A stretch of DNA of 63,997 nucleotides, filler included, from Basidioascus undulatus (taxonomy: Eukaryota): the NCBI GenBank assembly GCA_000826855.1. It is 5 parts of 5 records of this genome, joined end to end, with 100 filler letters (N's around TTAATTAATTAA, not from the genome) between each part and the next. Parts side by side here need not be neighbours in the genome. Positions count along the whole stretch, not along the records: positions 39,316 to 52,307 come from JTLS01000854.1; positions 52,408 to 63,997 come from JTLS01000994.1; 3 more parts are not named here. One strand, written 5' to 3'. The stretch's first letter is position 1; every line of letters starts with the position of its first letter. A model generated the notes under the pieces. It saw nothing but the letters and a program-made list of their open reading frames with translations, did no database searches and had not been told where the DNA came from. A program made the position numbers and the translations under genes. This document shows, one piece after another, positions 44,420 through 60,354 of the stretch.

Positions 44420-45128
44420 TTACAAAGCCTTCTTCCGAAGCTGTCCACCCAATTCGAAAAATGCTGCGAGGCCCCCAATGAGCCAAGTCAGAATGTAGCT
44501 GAGCGCGTTGGGGGTCCAGTTCGGTCCAATAGCCGGGTACGAGTCGCCGTCGCGTTAGAAGACGGCCATATCATGGAGGAAGATGATCTTGGGGCAACCT
44601 CACAAGAGATCAGAAAGAGCTTATGCGGAGACCTAGGAGAAGTATATCAGACAAACCTCCCCGTTCCTCAGCAGCTCCCTGAAGAACAGCTCCTTCTTCT
44701 TGGGCCACGGCTCTGTGCGCTCCTTGAACTCGTACTCCTCGCCGCAGGGGCTGTGGATCATGTGCCTTACGCCATTGGGGATCTTGAACTCCCCCACGCC
44801 CCGGATCGACGATGTGGGGCACGCTCGCGAGCTGAGCGTGCAGCTGTCCGCGCGTGATGGTCATGTACTCGTCCGAGGACGGGTGGAAGTGGTTGAAGAC
44901 GGTCAGGGAGGAGTTTGCGGGGGAGACGGTGCTGTAAGGAGGAGCAGGAATTGAGGGATGTGTAAGGGGTAGGTGAGATTCCAAGGAGGAAGAAAGGTCG
45001 TACATGCAGGCGTAGTGCTTCGAGCCGGACGATGCCGCAGCGCGATCAAAGAGCATGTACGCCCCATCGCCGATCTCCAAGCGGTCCCCCTCGGCGGTCG
45101 CGGACGCAGTGTCGAGGACGGTCGACAT
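44420..45128 (-). pseudogene. Cupin-domain gene with a frameshift and an in-frame stop
   Basis: VFNHFHPSSDEYMTITRGQL (cupin motif 1). An extra G near 44800 shifts EFKIPNGVRHMIH (motif 2) out of frame. ERTEP..KELFFRELL follows, and the last exon reads F*RDGDSYP with TAA. Confidence 0.7.
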
Positions 45129-48100
45129 ATCTTTGCTTAACACTTGGATTGTAGTAAGTAAGAGAGGGGAAGAACAGCGTTTTGAAGAGCAAATGGAGGG
45201 AGGTGGGAGGGGAGCCTGCCATTCAGTCCAGCCACGCTCCTTTACGCGGTTCAAGGACATTGAAACTGAGAATGGATGCATGGTGGGATGCACTCGTTTC
45301 TTTGACTTCAGCTCTGCATTCATTGTCCTCTGGTCGTCCTGCTCAGGAGAGGTGGAGGTGCAAGCGCGACAGAGTGTCCACTTGCAGGCTGAGTGCTCAG
45401 CCAAGACGCATTTCAATGGAAAGCAGCCTATTCCGAGCTTGCTTTCTGTCCTTACGGTATAAATAAGTCGCTGAACAGGGCGACAAATCTTCCGTCACTT
45501 TTCCCAAGCTACCGAGGACCGAGGGACTGCATCTCTATCTTCATGTCCACAGTAGCCGGCGAGTTGTCACCCGCCGTCTTTCAACCGCCAGGTAGCAGGA
45601 CACTGACAGCGCCGATACAGAATATTTTCTGGGCGGAACAGAATGTAAATATCAGTTTGAAAACTCAAGGCAGGTCAGCTTCGTGGCTGCCCACTCACAA
45701 TGAGCACATCCAACAAGCCCCGACCTCTTTCTGCAATGTGGCTGCCGCTAACGGGCTCGAGCGCCAGCTTTGACGTTGACATAATCTTCACTATCGATGG
45801 CGGTCTACTTTCAGCTTACTCCTGTCCTTGCTCCCCGTCTGCATCTGAGCATGCAGTCAGTCAAGTCCCCTGCAGTCACCCTTCTTGCTTCACGCGGCGA
45901 CAGCGCAGTCGCCTCCCCATCAAGCGCCTTTTCCGCCACGACGCCTACCTGGGTTGTTTTCTATTTCTGACTTTGAAATATTACCAGTGACTCATCCCCG
46001 ATTTCACATAGAAGGAATCGAGCAGAAGTTACGAAGCTCCTAGCAATTGCTTATGCCTGCGGTGGTGTACTTTGCCTGTACAGACAAGACCACTGACACC
46101 CTGCGTAGCTTCAATACTTCATCACCACCGTCTACTCAGTGTCGGATATTATTGTGTATTTAACCCAGAAACGCATCATGACTTCGAGCGATGCGAAGAG
46201 AAAGATTCACCTCGGCTCACTGCACACAGTGCCGGACAACGTCCGAACACCAACCGCAAGACGGAAGGGCTTCCTCTGTGGGAAGTTTGGCCTCCCAAAG
46301 GTACTCCAAGGGGCGGAACCGAACGGTATCGCAAGCATGCTGCCAATAGAGCAGGGCATGAAAAAAGTGTGCAATACATCTGGACCTCACGTCAAGCTTT
46401 ATGAATAGACGGCACCCCCAGCCTCACGAGTTCCAGACGCGTTCCTTTGTGTGCCCATACCCCCTTCATAAGATCACTTTGAACTTTTATCGCACCCGTC
46501 GTAGCCCTCGCGCATCTCTCACGCCCATCCGATCCTATCCGGCGGCACCATGAAGTGGCCCTGGACGTGACGGGCAGGATGCAGGTCGGCAACCGAAGCA
46601 AGCTGATCGGGAAAGAGCATGGGACGAGATACTCTACCGAGAAAAAATGGCGTGTTAGTGAAGTGATGATTGCACTCTCGGACATGCTGTCTGTGAGGAC
46701 GCCGAACTTCCTCAGAATGTGCCGGTTGGGTTGCGTCTGCGGACCTGCCTACCAAGTTGGATGTGCGGTCAATCACTAGTCTGCGCTCTTCAGATTCAAT
46801 GTACATAGTAAATTAAACACCCTTCTTTGGAGGCTTTCCGTAGTGTCTGTATGCAGAAGCAAGCAGAAGCGAGCATCCTTCTGCCAGTTCCAGTTCCGTA
46901 AGGCACGTTCCCGAGCCTCACCATCACCCGCACCCTCTCGGGCTCGCTCACCACATTCTCTCACTCTCCTCCTTTCATCTCATCCCACATCCTCTTTAAT
47001 TCCTTCCTCCACCCGACGATCCCGCAGCTCCACGGAGCGCCCAACAACCCGCGCCACCCACCTCCTTTCCGCATGCTGCCTTTCGGGGGACCGAAGCACG
47101 GCGCGCAAGCCTCTCGATGCGTTCTTTTCTGAGGAGCTCACCTTCTAGTATCTATCTTAATCCATGGCACATCCGCAAGCCAGTGTGTTCCTCCAGGTCA
47201 CACAGGCGGACGGCAGCAGTCCCCTCGATACCCTTGCTCTCCCTCCTTTCCCTTCCCTTCCCCGCCCCAGCCTCAAGCGCTCGTGGCCTCCGGGCCTTTG
47301 CTAGACTATCTAAAAATAATGTATTACGGAGGTGCACAGTTTTCCCCACAGCTTGCTCCCACAGCTTGCTCAGTCGCTGCTTCCCAGATCTCGGACCTTC
47401 CTGAACCGTGGTCTAAGGCCCTTTTGGTAGATTTTCTCTGTTCATCCCCAACGTGTTCCTGGTCATTGCGTTGCGTAATAGCGTGCACTGCGTTCTCCCG
47501 ACCACTGCCCTCCTTACAGTCCTCCGCGTCCGCCCCACACTCACGGCCTCCGGGCATTGTCCAGACTCTCATCTCATATTTCCCACTTTACGAGGTGCAC
47601 TACACTCTTCCGGAGGGTTATCAAATTCCTCACGCCCACTTGCTGAAGACTACGTAACCCTTCCAGTTTTCGGACCCTTCCGGACCAGCATCGAACGCCC
47701 AAGAGCGCGGGTGCACGGACTGAGAATCCTTCAGCGGCAGTACACCTTCGTCTCCGTCGTGTGTCTGGGTCTTGCCTGTCTGTAGTCTGTGTCGGTCGTG
47801 CGTGGGGTGTTGCATTCCGTGTACGGACCCGTTATTGTGGTCCGTGTGTAGTCGTCGGTCTGAGTGCCGTCCGCTTGTCGGCAGCCTTTCTCATGGGGTA
47901 GAAATACTCGGGAAGGTAATAAGGTATATCTCCATCGTCGCAGCGTACTTGCTCCACACCACAGGGCCATATGCAGCTAAGTTCGAGTTCGCGTCGCGCA
48001 CTGTCTTAACGCACTGGCAGGCTTGCCAACGCTTTGTCAATCATGTGCTGTAAGGGCTTCCTTGAAGATCTCAACGGCACCGTTTGAAGGTTGTCTTTCT

Positions 48101-48285
48101 GTTCGAATTCTTGTGCTAGCATGCGCTGGGAGCTAGCTAGCTGTCGCCCGCGTTCACGGCGCAGCGACCTCGGGATTCATGTATTCCCGCATGCAGATGT
48201 AGAACGGTACGCTCTGCAGGCGGACGCGGAATCCGAATCCATGTTCTACTCCATGTCAAAGGCCACACCAGTAGAAGCTTCAAGC

Positions 48286-49421
48286 TCAACCCATCATGAG
48301 CGTGAACGCCACCGCGGCGTAGGCGACCACTGTGCATCCATCCCTTGTCAGCGCCAGCCTCTCCCCTTCTTACTCCCAAGCAAAAAGACTCACAGACACC
48401 CGTGAACTTCTCCAGCGGGTTATGGAAGAACACCGCCGTCATGAGCAGCATCCACCACCAGAGCGCGCTTAGCGCCAGCGCCGCCTTGACCGCCAAGAGG
48501 TGCAGCGCGCCCGTCGCGGGGCCGAGGAACATCGACCTCGGGGGCGCGGGGTTGACGCGGTCCGCCTGGGTCCGCTCGTCCTCGCTCCGGCGCCGGGGGA
48601 ACCAGCGCGGCGCGGCATCGTGCAACGTGGGGAAGAGGAGCGGGAGGGACGGCGCGAGCGCGAGGAGGAGGAATGTAGACGCGTGGATGAGGAGGTACGT
48701 GTGGCCTGAGACGTCGTGGCCTCCCGTAAACCTGGGCCTGGAGGAGTAGCTGGAGTACTCGGGCGGGAGAAGCGAGTCGGGGCGGCAGTGGTGCGGGGGG
48801 AGGAGGGTGAGGGTCTGGAGCGGCGGGGAGGCGGGGGATGTGTCGAGCGGAGAGGGCGGAGGGGCGGCGGTGGAAGGCAGGACGCATTGTCCGCCCGTGA
48901 GGAGAAGGACGCGCTCCATGAAGGAGGGGCCGAAGAACCAGGTGGTGCTTCCCTCCCTCCGTGGGGTCAGTCTCGTCTCGGAGGGGGGACGAACACGAAG
49001 CAAAGACGCACAACCCAGCCCAGAACACAGTAGAGAGCGCCCACCTAACCACCAACACTCTCGCGTCCCTCTTCCTGCCCGCGGGGAGGGAAAGCAGCAC
49101 CCCCAGCGCCGCAGCGGTCGTCCACCCCCACGCGCGCTTGACAAACAGCTGGTTTACGAAGTTCTTACGGTTCGCGAAGAAGATCTGTACCGGCGCGGCG
49201 GTGAGGAGGGGGGAGGAGGTGTCGTGCCAGGTGCGATGGACGAGGGAGTAGAGCGTGCCGAGCAGGACTGTGGTGCTGAGGAGGAGGAGGATAGGGAGCG
49301 CGAGGGAGGGAGGAGGAGGGAAACGGGAAGGGGAAGGGGGAGTATGAGCTGCTGCTGCTGGGTCCTGAGCGCAGGGTACAGGCACAGGCACATGGTAAGC
49401 ACTAGCAGCACCGGGCCGCAT
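48286..49421 (-). CDS. SCS3: Scs3/FIT2-family acyl-CoA diphosphatase (fat storage-inducing transmembrane protein)
   Basis: FFANRKNFVNQLFVKRAWGWT, TWFFGPSFMERV..TGGQC, GGHDVSGHTYLL and LWWWMLLMTAVFFHNPLEKFTG. Start codon uncertain. Confidence 0.88.
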
Positions 49422-51095
49422 ATAAAAGCCATACACACTATTCAACACGCTGTGAATAAATACAGACCAGCCTCGTCTATGCAGTCGCAGTGAAGCGGCG
49501 GGAAGACGGCGGACGGCGGACGGCGGACGCTGCCTGGCGTGTCCGGTGGGCTGCTACTCGAGGAGGGATCGACCGTGTCTTCTGAAGAGCTGATGAGCGT
49601 CAAGAACAAGGCATCAGCATCGAATGCCATTCTCATATCGCCCATGCCCATGCTCATGATCAGTGAGCACAACGCCCAGCCGATCACCGACCAGCGTTGT
49701 CACACTGCCTTCGCACGACCAACGGCCCGTCCCTCCCTGTCGCCTTCTCCGGTTCCTCTCCTCCTCCAGCCTCAAGCTCACCAACCAACTCACTTCAACT
49801 CTCCCAGCCGTCTTGCTTCCGAGCAGGTAGGGAATGGGTATACGACAAGCGAGTATGGGGTGCGGCAACGCGAGCAGGACAGTCAAGGCGGAGAAGGAAG
49901 TCGTGTGGATGCGTGAGCTGCCTGCGTGCACGCGGCGGCGCGGGTGAGACATGCCCTCGACTGCACGCGCCCTGATGGACAGCTGGCTGGCCCTCGGACG
50001 CCTGCCAAGCAAGTCGCGGGGCACGATAATAAACACAAGCTTTTCAAAGTAAGTTGAACTCTCCAATTATTACATGTACTTCAGCGAGCAACACCGCCGC
50101 GTCCGTCGCCAGACATCCGTCAAGACACAAGGAAAGTCGCAGTGCACGCCACGAGTTTGTTGATATCTGAGGGTTATACACAACGGCTCCACCCTCCGCT
50201 GCACCCCAACGCAGGGGGTTCGGGTCGGGCACACACCACACCGCAATGCACCGCTGGCACCACCGTCAGGACGAGCGTCAGCCCTGGCGCTGATGCGCTT
50301 CGCGACTCATCGTGCAGGGATGATTGGGAAGATGTGGATCTCTGGGAAACGAGAGCGCGCGACGCGTATGCAGACAGGGAGAGCTCTGGGCTAACCGCAT
50401 CATTCCGTCTGCACTCTGCAATGCCACCAGTGCCCACGCTGATCGCATTTTCCAAGCGCACGGGAGACACACCGATTGCAGTCTACGACAGCCCAGCCGG
50501 CCACAGCGCCAACGCACTTCTCGCACCGCTGTGTCCTTCCCTGCCCTAACCGTTGTATGGACTCGAAGGGAAAGAGCGTTGTGCTCAGATAGGTGCATGG
50601 ACCCCTTCGAAATGCGACAGACGCGTGATCGGGAAGTGAGCGAGCACGAGCCAGCGGTGAGAGGTAAGCGGTGAACGCTGAATGCGGAGCGAAATCATAG
50701 TAAAGCGCGAGCGACAAGCTCCGAGGCCTGTGGGTTAGGATGGGACGAGACGCTTGGCGTAGCGCGGGTGGGGCCGGGCTGAGAGAAAGAGGGAGGCAAA
50801 GAGGGGATTGACGGGGTGAAGGGGATGGGTCGGGTGGAATGAGTGGAAGAAGCGGAACGGGTGGAAGAGGCGGGAGAGATGGAAGGAGCGGGCAAGAGTA
50901 AGTGGGCACGGAAGGGCGAGCGAAGTTGGTGAGGTCCGACGTGGTGGGCGCCAGCCAGCAGCACCGAGCCACTCCAGGAGGGTGGGAGCGGAAGTTGATC
51001 GATCGAAAGCTTCGAGTTTGGTGAGTGACGCGGACGGTGGGCAGGTAGGCCTGCGCTCAGTCTCAGAGTCATGGTGCTACGCCACGGGTTCAATT

Positions 51096-51655
51096 TCATG
51101 CCAGCGGCTCGGCCGCAGAGATATACAGGACTGTCTCCCCATCGGCTCGTCAGCTCCTGTTTCCACGTCTCCGCAATGTTGCGAAGGACACGCACCGTTG
51201 TTCCCCCTGCACCGAGATCATGCCCACCACAGTGCACGCACTTCAGCGGCCAGCAGTGGAGAAGAGGGAACGGGAAAGAAGAAGGACGCACCGAATGAAC
51301 GCCTCGCCATAGACGGCCTTGCGCTGGCCCTCGACCCACTCCTCCGTCTGCTCCATCGCGATGTTCACTGCGCACGCGCATCAGCCCCGCGTCCTCGCAC
51401 CACCCCTCTCACCAACTACACAACGCACTGTATCCATCCAAACAACTCAACACCCCTGCCCTCCCATGCCCCATCAGCTACTAAATCGCCAGAGCGGATG
51501 AGATGCGCGCGCGACGCACCCCGGTAGTCGATGCCCGAATTCAAGCGGACGACGACCTGCTTGCCCACGACGGCCTTGAGAAAGGCCGAGGGCGTGCCCT
51601 TTGTGGGTTCGGGCGCTGCGGGGGCGGGGGGAGGGGAGGGCGCCGCGTCGGACAT
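51096..51655 (-). CDS. LSM6: U6 snRNA-associated Sm-like protein Lsm6, five exons
   Basis: Spliced: TPSAFLKAVVGKQVVVRLNSGIDYRGVLSCLDGYMNIAMEQTEEWVEGQRKAVYGEAFIRGNNVLYISAAEPLA*. Confidence 0.95.
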
Positions 51656-52103
51656 TTGGTTGTTGGATTGGGATGTGACGGGTGTTGAGTGAGTGAGGGT
51701 GCGAGTGTGCCTTCGGAGATAAGGTTTGGTATGAATTTAGTGTCAGCCGAAAGGGCTCTGAGCGGCACGAAGGCCGGGGGCCGGCACGTTGGTGTTGCTT
51801 CCCCTCCGCTCCCGACAGCGTGTTCGGTTCCTAGACGCTCACTAAGTTGCACTTGCTTCTCGTCTTGCACCCGCCCTCTTCCTTGCTCCAACACCCCCAT
51901 CTCACCACCAAACCACCACCAACCCCACACACACCTCCCCATATCACCCTCTTCCCCGACTATACCTACACGCTTGAGGGGGCAGCACACGACACGCGAC
52001 GACTCGAAACAACGATCTCTACGATCTCCCTTTCATTTCACCTTCGACTTCATCTACTGCGCTTCCCGTTCTGCGCGCTGCGGAGGCGTGACGCGACTCG
52101 ACG

Positions 52104-52307
52104 ATGGAGGACAAGTACATCGGGCTCATCCTCGCCATCACCAGCTCATTAGCAAGTCAGTTCATCTCTTACCTTCCCCATCCCATCACCATCTCACCCC
52201 CTTCCCCTTCACCAACACCCCAGTCGGCTTGAGCTTCATCATCACCAAAAAGGCACCTTCCTCCCCATCCCTGGCAGCACGCGCAAGGACCTGCGCGACG
52301 CACCTTT
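52104..52307 (+). CDS. NIPA-family magnesium transporter, N-terminal fragment cut by the contig end
   Basis: MEDKYIGLILAITSSLAIGLSFIITKK across one intron, the typical fungal NIPA (DUF803) start. Confidence 0.82.
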
Positions 52308-52407
52308 NNNNNNNNNNNNNNNNNNNNNNNNNNNNNNNNNNNNNNNNNNNNTTAATTAATTAANNNNNNNNNNNNNNNNNNNNNNNNNNNNNNNNNNNNN
52401 NNNNNNN
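52308..52407. other. Artificial contig spacer N44-TTAATTAATTAA-N44
   Basis: Same 100-nt linker. Confidence 0.97.
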
Positions 52408-52828
52408 GGGTGGGCCCTCCACGTTCGCGTGGTCGCACCACCCGCACGACATCCCCACGACCTCGACGACCTCCTCGCGCTATGACCCGCTCTCACCCTT
52501 GCTTCAATCACAATCATCTCATTACCCGCCTTCACCCGCCGACCCCCACGCCCGGCATCCCACCTCCGCCACCGCCCTCACCGACTCGTTCCCTCCTCAC
52601 TTGCCAGCTACCACAGCGGGCGACAGCGCCGCGCGGTACGTCCGGCACACGGACGCCGGCGCCCTGCATGACGCCGGACCGTCCGAAGAGCCGGACGAGC
52701 CGGGCACGCTCGTCGAGCTCCCGCCCATGTACTCGGAGTTGCCCGTCCGATCGCGACCTGCACGCCAACGAGCATCGGGAACGGACGAGACTGGGGTTGG
52801 CCGGTCGACCAAGGAGGGCGGCTCGTAG
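52408..52828 (+). CDS. 3' end of an unknown protein, probably the cytoplasmic tail of a single-pass membrane protein
   Basis: YVRHTDAGAL..TLVELPPMYSEL, resembling the RHxDAG/ELPPxY tails of fungal membrane proteins. Stop at 52828. Confidence 0.5.
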
Positions 52829-53327
52829 ATGCGTAGACGAACGGACACTTACTCGCTTTGGATCAATTTGCTACTTTGATTTACGACCCCCCCACGTCTC
52901 GTTTCTTTGATACATTCCCGTCTGTTGATTCTTTAGTTGCTTCTATTTGTCACCCCGCCCGTTCTGTCATCGCTTCCCGTACTTATTTTAACTTCAGCAT
53001 TCCTACGTCGCTCGTTCCACGAACACTGCATTACTACCTCCATCCAACTTTTCACTGTCCGGACACTTCCGCCTACGCATGCTTTCGTTTCAGCCTTTGC
53101 CCTTCGTTTCGTGTTGCTTCTCAACCGTGTGTCATTAGCATGCACGGCTTTTCGACGGGCGCAGTTATAGAAGCGTGCGGCGGCCATTCCGGAGGATGAA
53201 TCATTCAGACCGAGAGCAAGCAAGTACAAGCGAAGATGATGTCCTAAGAATGACAGCTCGCTCTATTAGGGTAGTTTCGCCCGACAATTCTACAAGGGTA
53301 TCTTCCACCACGTCCGCTCTCCACGTC

Positions 53328-54808
53328 CTACGGGCAGCGGTCCGACACCTCGCACCCCTGCGGACACAACGTGCACGTTCCGCCCAGCGAAACGGGTATG
53401 TTCTCCTGCGGTATCCACGCGTCGAGGTCTTTGAGGTAGTTTGATCCAAATACCGCGATCCTGTTGACGGAGTCCGAGGTACTATGAGCGCGGCGTTGGA
53501 GAAAGATGATGTGTGGCAGTCTTACTTTGCGGCTGTCACTTCGTCCATGAGAGGTCGCACGGCGGCAGAGAACTAGATTTGAGGGGCATCGCCGTCAGTT
53601 GCGGATCCGACTTGGGGATGACAGAGACACTCACGAAGGTAGAGAAACCCCAGGGCGCATTGATAATGAGCACTGAGAAAAGCAATTGTCAGTACCTCGT
53701 TGGCCCATTGGAGGGGAAAGTACGTCGCTCACCAGGACCGCCGGTCTCAGGCCAGTTGTCCTGCAGCAGGGTCATGATCCGTCCCATTGTCTGCAGGATG
53801 ATTACGATGAGCATGGCGGTGCGGCGGCCAGAGCCATAGAGTTTCGTACCGACCGCATAGCCCACAGCTGGGCAAGAGAGACGCCTTTAATGTCTGAAGA
53901 AGAGAAGACGTTAGGTATCAACATCCGGCGTTGTCAGATCCTGGGCGTGAACGTACCGATCACCGAGATGTGGGTTTGGACTTTCTTGCCATACTTCTCC
54001 GAGCAGAGTGGGAACTTGTATCGCACTGTTCGCTCCGTCCGGACCTGCCAGGGTAATGTGGTTCCGTTGAGCTTCACGGTGGACCGCTCGATTCCGCCTC
54101 AAGCGCACCATGACGTCCTGGATGACACGCTCAGCGCTCATAACCGCCGTCAACGCTTTCCAGTCCAGCTTGCCGAAGCGTTGCCACGATATACTGTTCA
54201 TGATTGATAGGTCACGACGTTGAACAGGCTAGTTGGGTGGAGTGGGCGCACGGTCGTCCTTCCTGCAGTGAAGATGCGCTCATTAGTTTTGTGCGCACTT
54301 CTGAGCCCAGAGTTAAATCACGTACAAGGTCCGCGCCGTGGATGAACTGAGGGTAAAACCGCCTCGTGGCCTGAGTGCATATGAGGGTCAGCATATGCCC
54401 CAAACGACTCGCGTCTGTACAGCCAGACCACCGCGTACCTCTGCTTCCTCGGGGGTGAGCTGGAAGGTTTCGACCAGGTCGTCCATTCCGAACTCCTGGA
54501 GCCATTCCAGATGCTGTGAACTGAGGTCAGCTGGTGATTCGCTGGAAAAGGCGTAAGGGAGGACTCGCCTTCAAGTACATTTCCAGCGCCTTCTCCACAT
54601 CGAATTTCCGCGCGCGGATGAAGCGCCTGTGAGAGAGTAAGTACATTTGTGAGTTCCAGTCTGCAGTCCTCGAGAAGGGCATTTGAGCGGACAAGAGAGT
54701 ATCATCCGAATGAGCAAGTGGTCCGAATTTTGGGTCAGCAAGAACGTCGCGCCGGAGCGCGTCGAGCGCGGCTGTTTGCTCGGCGGTGAGTGGTTTGGAA
54801 ACGTCCAT
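53328..54808 (-). CDS. Sec14/CRAL-TRIO lipid-binding protein, multi-exon, possibly with a premature terminal stop
   Basis: DDTLLRFIRARKFDVEKALEM, FYPQFIHG, EGRP, LLQDNWPETGG, IINAPWGFST, VRPLMDEVTAAKIAVFGSNY and IPQENIPVSLGGTCTLCPQGCEVSDRCP*. Confidence 0.85.
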
Positions 54809-55833
54809 TGATCGAGATGTGCGAGTAGAATGAAGCGACCGGAGTGAGCAACGGCCGTGATGAGCACTGTGAGGCGAGCGATGTTGAAGAAAAAGGGGCG
54901 TCGCCTCGCGCCTCCAAGGCCGCGCGCCATGCGGCCCGACTCCCGCCGCGTCCACTGCGAGTTTCACGAGCTGTCCCAGCAGGATGTCGCAGTCGACTCC
55001 CACACTCTCCAAACGTTATATGGGGACATGACTGCGGTGGAGGAATTATCTTGAAGTTGAAATACGGGAGAGACTGAAAGCTATTGACTTGAAGTGCCGG
55101 GGCACACGGCACGTGCTCGGGGCATCGTTTGCACTGCGTGAGTTAATCTATACAGGAGTATTAACCCATTGAACGAGTTCTTAGGGCGAGCTTTCAAGAA
55201 AGCCTATACGACAACAACACCTCTCATGTGTGGGATACTTGGACTTGCGTAGACTCTTTCAACTGCAAGACTCCTTGTAGTCTCGCGCTTTAGTTCTTCA
55301 CCAGTGGATCTGGCACCCGAATATAGAGAGGCAGGTGTCGAGTGCTTAAGATCTGGTCCTCCGAAATCGAGTTCACGTCCAACACTGCATTTTCGATGTA
55401 TTGGTCTTCATAAAAGACGCCAGACCCGGCAGCGACAATGTGCGCACAGTATCGTTCACTGACAGTATCTCATCAAGCGGGGACGAATATATACACAAAG
55501 CCATAAAATCTCGCAAATCAGCGGTTAAGCAAAGCAATACACTTTGTCGATAGTGTAGTGTGTCCGTCGAATGCTCTGCATTCGACACAAGAGCGGCACA
55601 GTTTTAAAGGCAAATAGAGGTGGGCTCTGAAGGTCCTAAAGGGGTGCAAGCACAGGCGAATAAAGAACGGATTTGGGATGTGGTCGAAAGATAGGTGAAT
55701 ATCGGGATGCTGCGCAGCCTGCGATGAATCAGGTCGTGGCTGTTGAGGGAGATGGGGGGGCTGCAACGCAGAAAAGGTCAGAAAGGCGCCACACAGTCGA
55801 GTTGAAAGCTGTTACGCACGGGTTTGTAGTAGT

Positions 55834-56560
55834 TTAGTTGCCGTCGAACCACCACTGGAGGTCGTTGATCATGCCCTGGTCGAGACCGCCGCTGGCTAGG
55901 GCGGAGAAGAGACTGCGAGACGGTTTGTTTCAGTCAAGGCGCACTCTATCCTGGTGAGCCCATGCTTTAGAGACGCACCCCTTGCTCATGTCAAGGTGAC
56001 CGTACTGGCAGGACGGGCACCTGGGCCAAACGATGTTAATTCCCAGCTCAAGTGAAAGAAGTGCATAACACCTACTCGTCGCCGACCCAGGCAGTTTGCT
56101 GGAGTGATGGTCCACGCGTTCAGCATCAGAACTTTGACGAGTTGGAAAGAAGCGCCTCACCTTGTTACCGTTGGCCGGGTTGATGATCGTGATGCTCTTG
56201 CCGCAGTGGGCACCGCCTGAGTGTGATGAGTGTGAGCGCCCATGTCAAGATTGGACGCTGGCCGTAATGAGCACGACTTACTCTGATACTGGTCTGTCGG
56301 CAGGGCGACAATGAAGTCGGAACCAGTGTTGGTCCCGCCTGTGGTGCACGGCATGTTTCAACAGATGCCCTCCCAACCCTGTCTGATGAAGAGAGGGACT
56401 CACCGCAGGCGCCAAGACCGACTTCGAACCAGGACGCGACGCCCTGGATCAGGCCGTCGCGCTTGATCTCGACTGCCGCAGACCGAGGAACGGGAGCGGC
56501 ATACACGCAGAGGGTGCAGAGAGCGAGGAGGGGGAGGAGGGCGAGCTGGCGGAACTGCAT
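55834..56560 (-). CDS. Secreted RlpA-like double-psi beta-barrel (loosenin/expansin-like) protein
   Basis: Signal peptide MQFRQLALLPLLALCTLCVYA, Kex2-like KR site, GVASWFEVGLGACGGTNTGSDFIVAL, HCGKSITI, VGDECPSCQYGHLDMSKSLFSALA and LQWWFDGN*. Confidence 0.9.
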
Positions 56561-58172
56561 GGTTGGCGATGTGTAGGTAGGTAGGGGAAGGGTGCGTTTG
56601 TATTGTGTCAAGTGGGAACAGAAGAGACAGTGGGGTGCCGTGTGGGCGTAGGGCGGGTCGGACGCTTAACGTTGAAAGAGGGACGAGAAGAGAGGCAGGA
56701 CAGGGCACGAAGGCGCAAACGCGTTGGATGGGAGAAGGGAGGAAGGAAGCAAGGACGCGTTCTCCGCGGCTCTGAGTCTTTATCCTCACATCGAAGGCCT
56801 GGGCCGTTCCTCGAGAGAAGGAACACCGAACATTATATTTGGGGACGTTGGTATATATGACAATTGCGAGGGAGGTATAGAAAGGGTCCGGCCGGTGCGG
56901 CTCCAGCGGACACTGCGAGACGCACCGAATGAGAGTCGCGCTTGGGGGAAGGCACGCGTCGCGCCATGCGCTGCGGGTCGGTTAGGTGAACTGATCGTTG
57001 CCAAGTATACGCACTGTGTCGGCTACAGATGTGGCCAAGATAGAATCGCTGGAGATGTACGATCGAGTTGCCGAAGGCGCAGCAACGGGCGTGCCAAAGA
57101 AGAAAAAACACTGAAAGGCGGCCGACGAAGACATTGCCAGTGCTGTTGCCGAACTGCATGCATTTTGTCATGTGGTTGGCCGCTCGACCCTCAACTACAT
57201 TCTTATGAGCTATAAACCAGACAGTCAGTGAGCCTCCTTGGAGCTCCCGGGAGGCTGGGCAAAATATATCAAGAGCTTAACAAGACGACATAGGGGAAGG
57301 CGGAGCGTGGATCCTGAATCAGCGAGTCGGCTGCGGACGTGGGGCATCCACTGCTTTCGTGTCGATCACTCCCATGCGTATTGCGAACTCCAGGAGGTTA
57401 AAGGTTCTGGGCTTTGGCTGGGCGGAGCAAGGGGCAGGCGGACTTTCAGAAAACGGTGGGCTCGGAAGACGTCGTCTGGGAGCAGCATTCATGTTGGGCA
57501 TCCCGACGGAATTCAAGCGCGAGTATAGCTCCTCGATGTACCCAGGCTCTTCTTACTTAGCAGATGCTAGGGCGCCTCGTTCAATCATGGCGTATGAGGT
57601 TCAGCATAAGAAAGGACATGCGGGCGGGAGTTCCAGACTTGTGCGAGCTGCTGTCACCAGCAACGCTCTTCAGACAGATGAAGTGACGAGAATTCCCCTC
57701 ATTGTTGTGGACTGATAAATTTGTGTAAGGTACGAACTCAGAAAACGTGGTTTGCAGTGTTTGCACTTTTCTCGCCGGAGTACATAACACGTCAAGTTGG
57801 CCCAGTACCCACTGTGGTCCTCACCCACCTGCACCGGGCAGCACCCTATCAGATATATTTTTATGTTCAGCATACTTGGTTTCAAAAACTGATGCGCGGT
57901 CATCTTTCCGCTGAAAGATCCGCGAAGACATGTACCTGCGAAGGTCCTCCTCCGGACGTCGCTGAGCTTTCTCCAGCGCGCGCCTGTCGTTACGGGCGCG
58001 GCAGAGCGCCCTTGCCATCCTCCCCACCGCACCACACCACCCACGCGACTGCACGCTTGCTCGCTACTATCGACTCCGCCTCGCCGCTCGAGCTCAGCTT
58101 AATCACGACCATAGACCAGCCAGCTGCACGCGCATCTACGACTGAAATAACACCCAAAAGAGCAGCGACACC

Positions 58173-60071
<1,899 letters not shown>

Positions 60072-60354
60072 ACGCGCCGCCCGCACTTCGCGGCGCCCTC
60101 CTCACCGCCCCCTATTCTCTCCTGCTAACGGACTGTCGCGCTGTATATCTCACCTCTCCCGTTCCTTTACCTCCTTCATTTGACGACGACAACCAAACCA
60201 CCACCACGCTTTAAAGTTGCTGCTGCACCGCCAGCTCCCGCAGCCCTTCCATCCTCCTCTGGCGCGTTCACGTATTGACTGTAGTCCACCTCCTCTGTCT
60301 TGACTTGTTACAACTCTGCATCTGATTTGACGGTGGATTTTGAATCTGGTGTGT

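Noticed and set aside
52252..52260. Possible GC-AG intron donor after IITKK in the NIPA gene
   Set aside because: The contig ends before any acceptor or next exon, so it cannot be supported.
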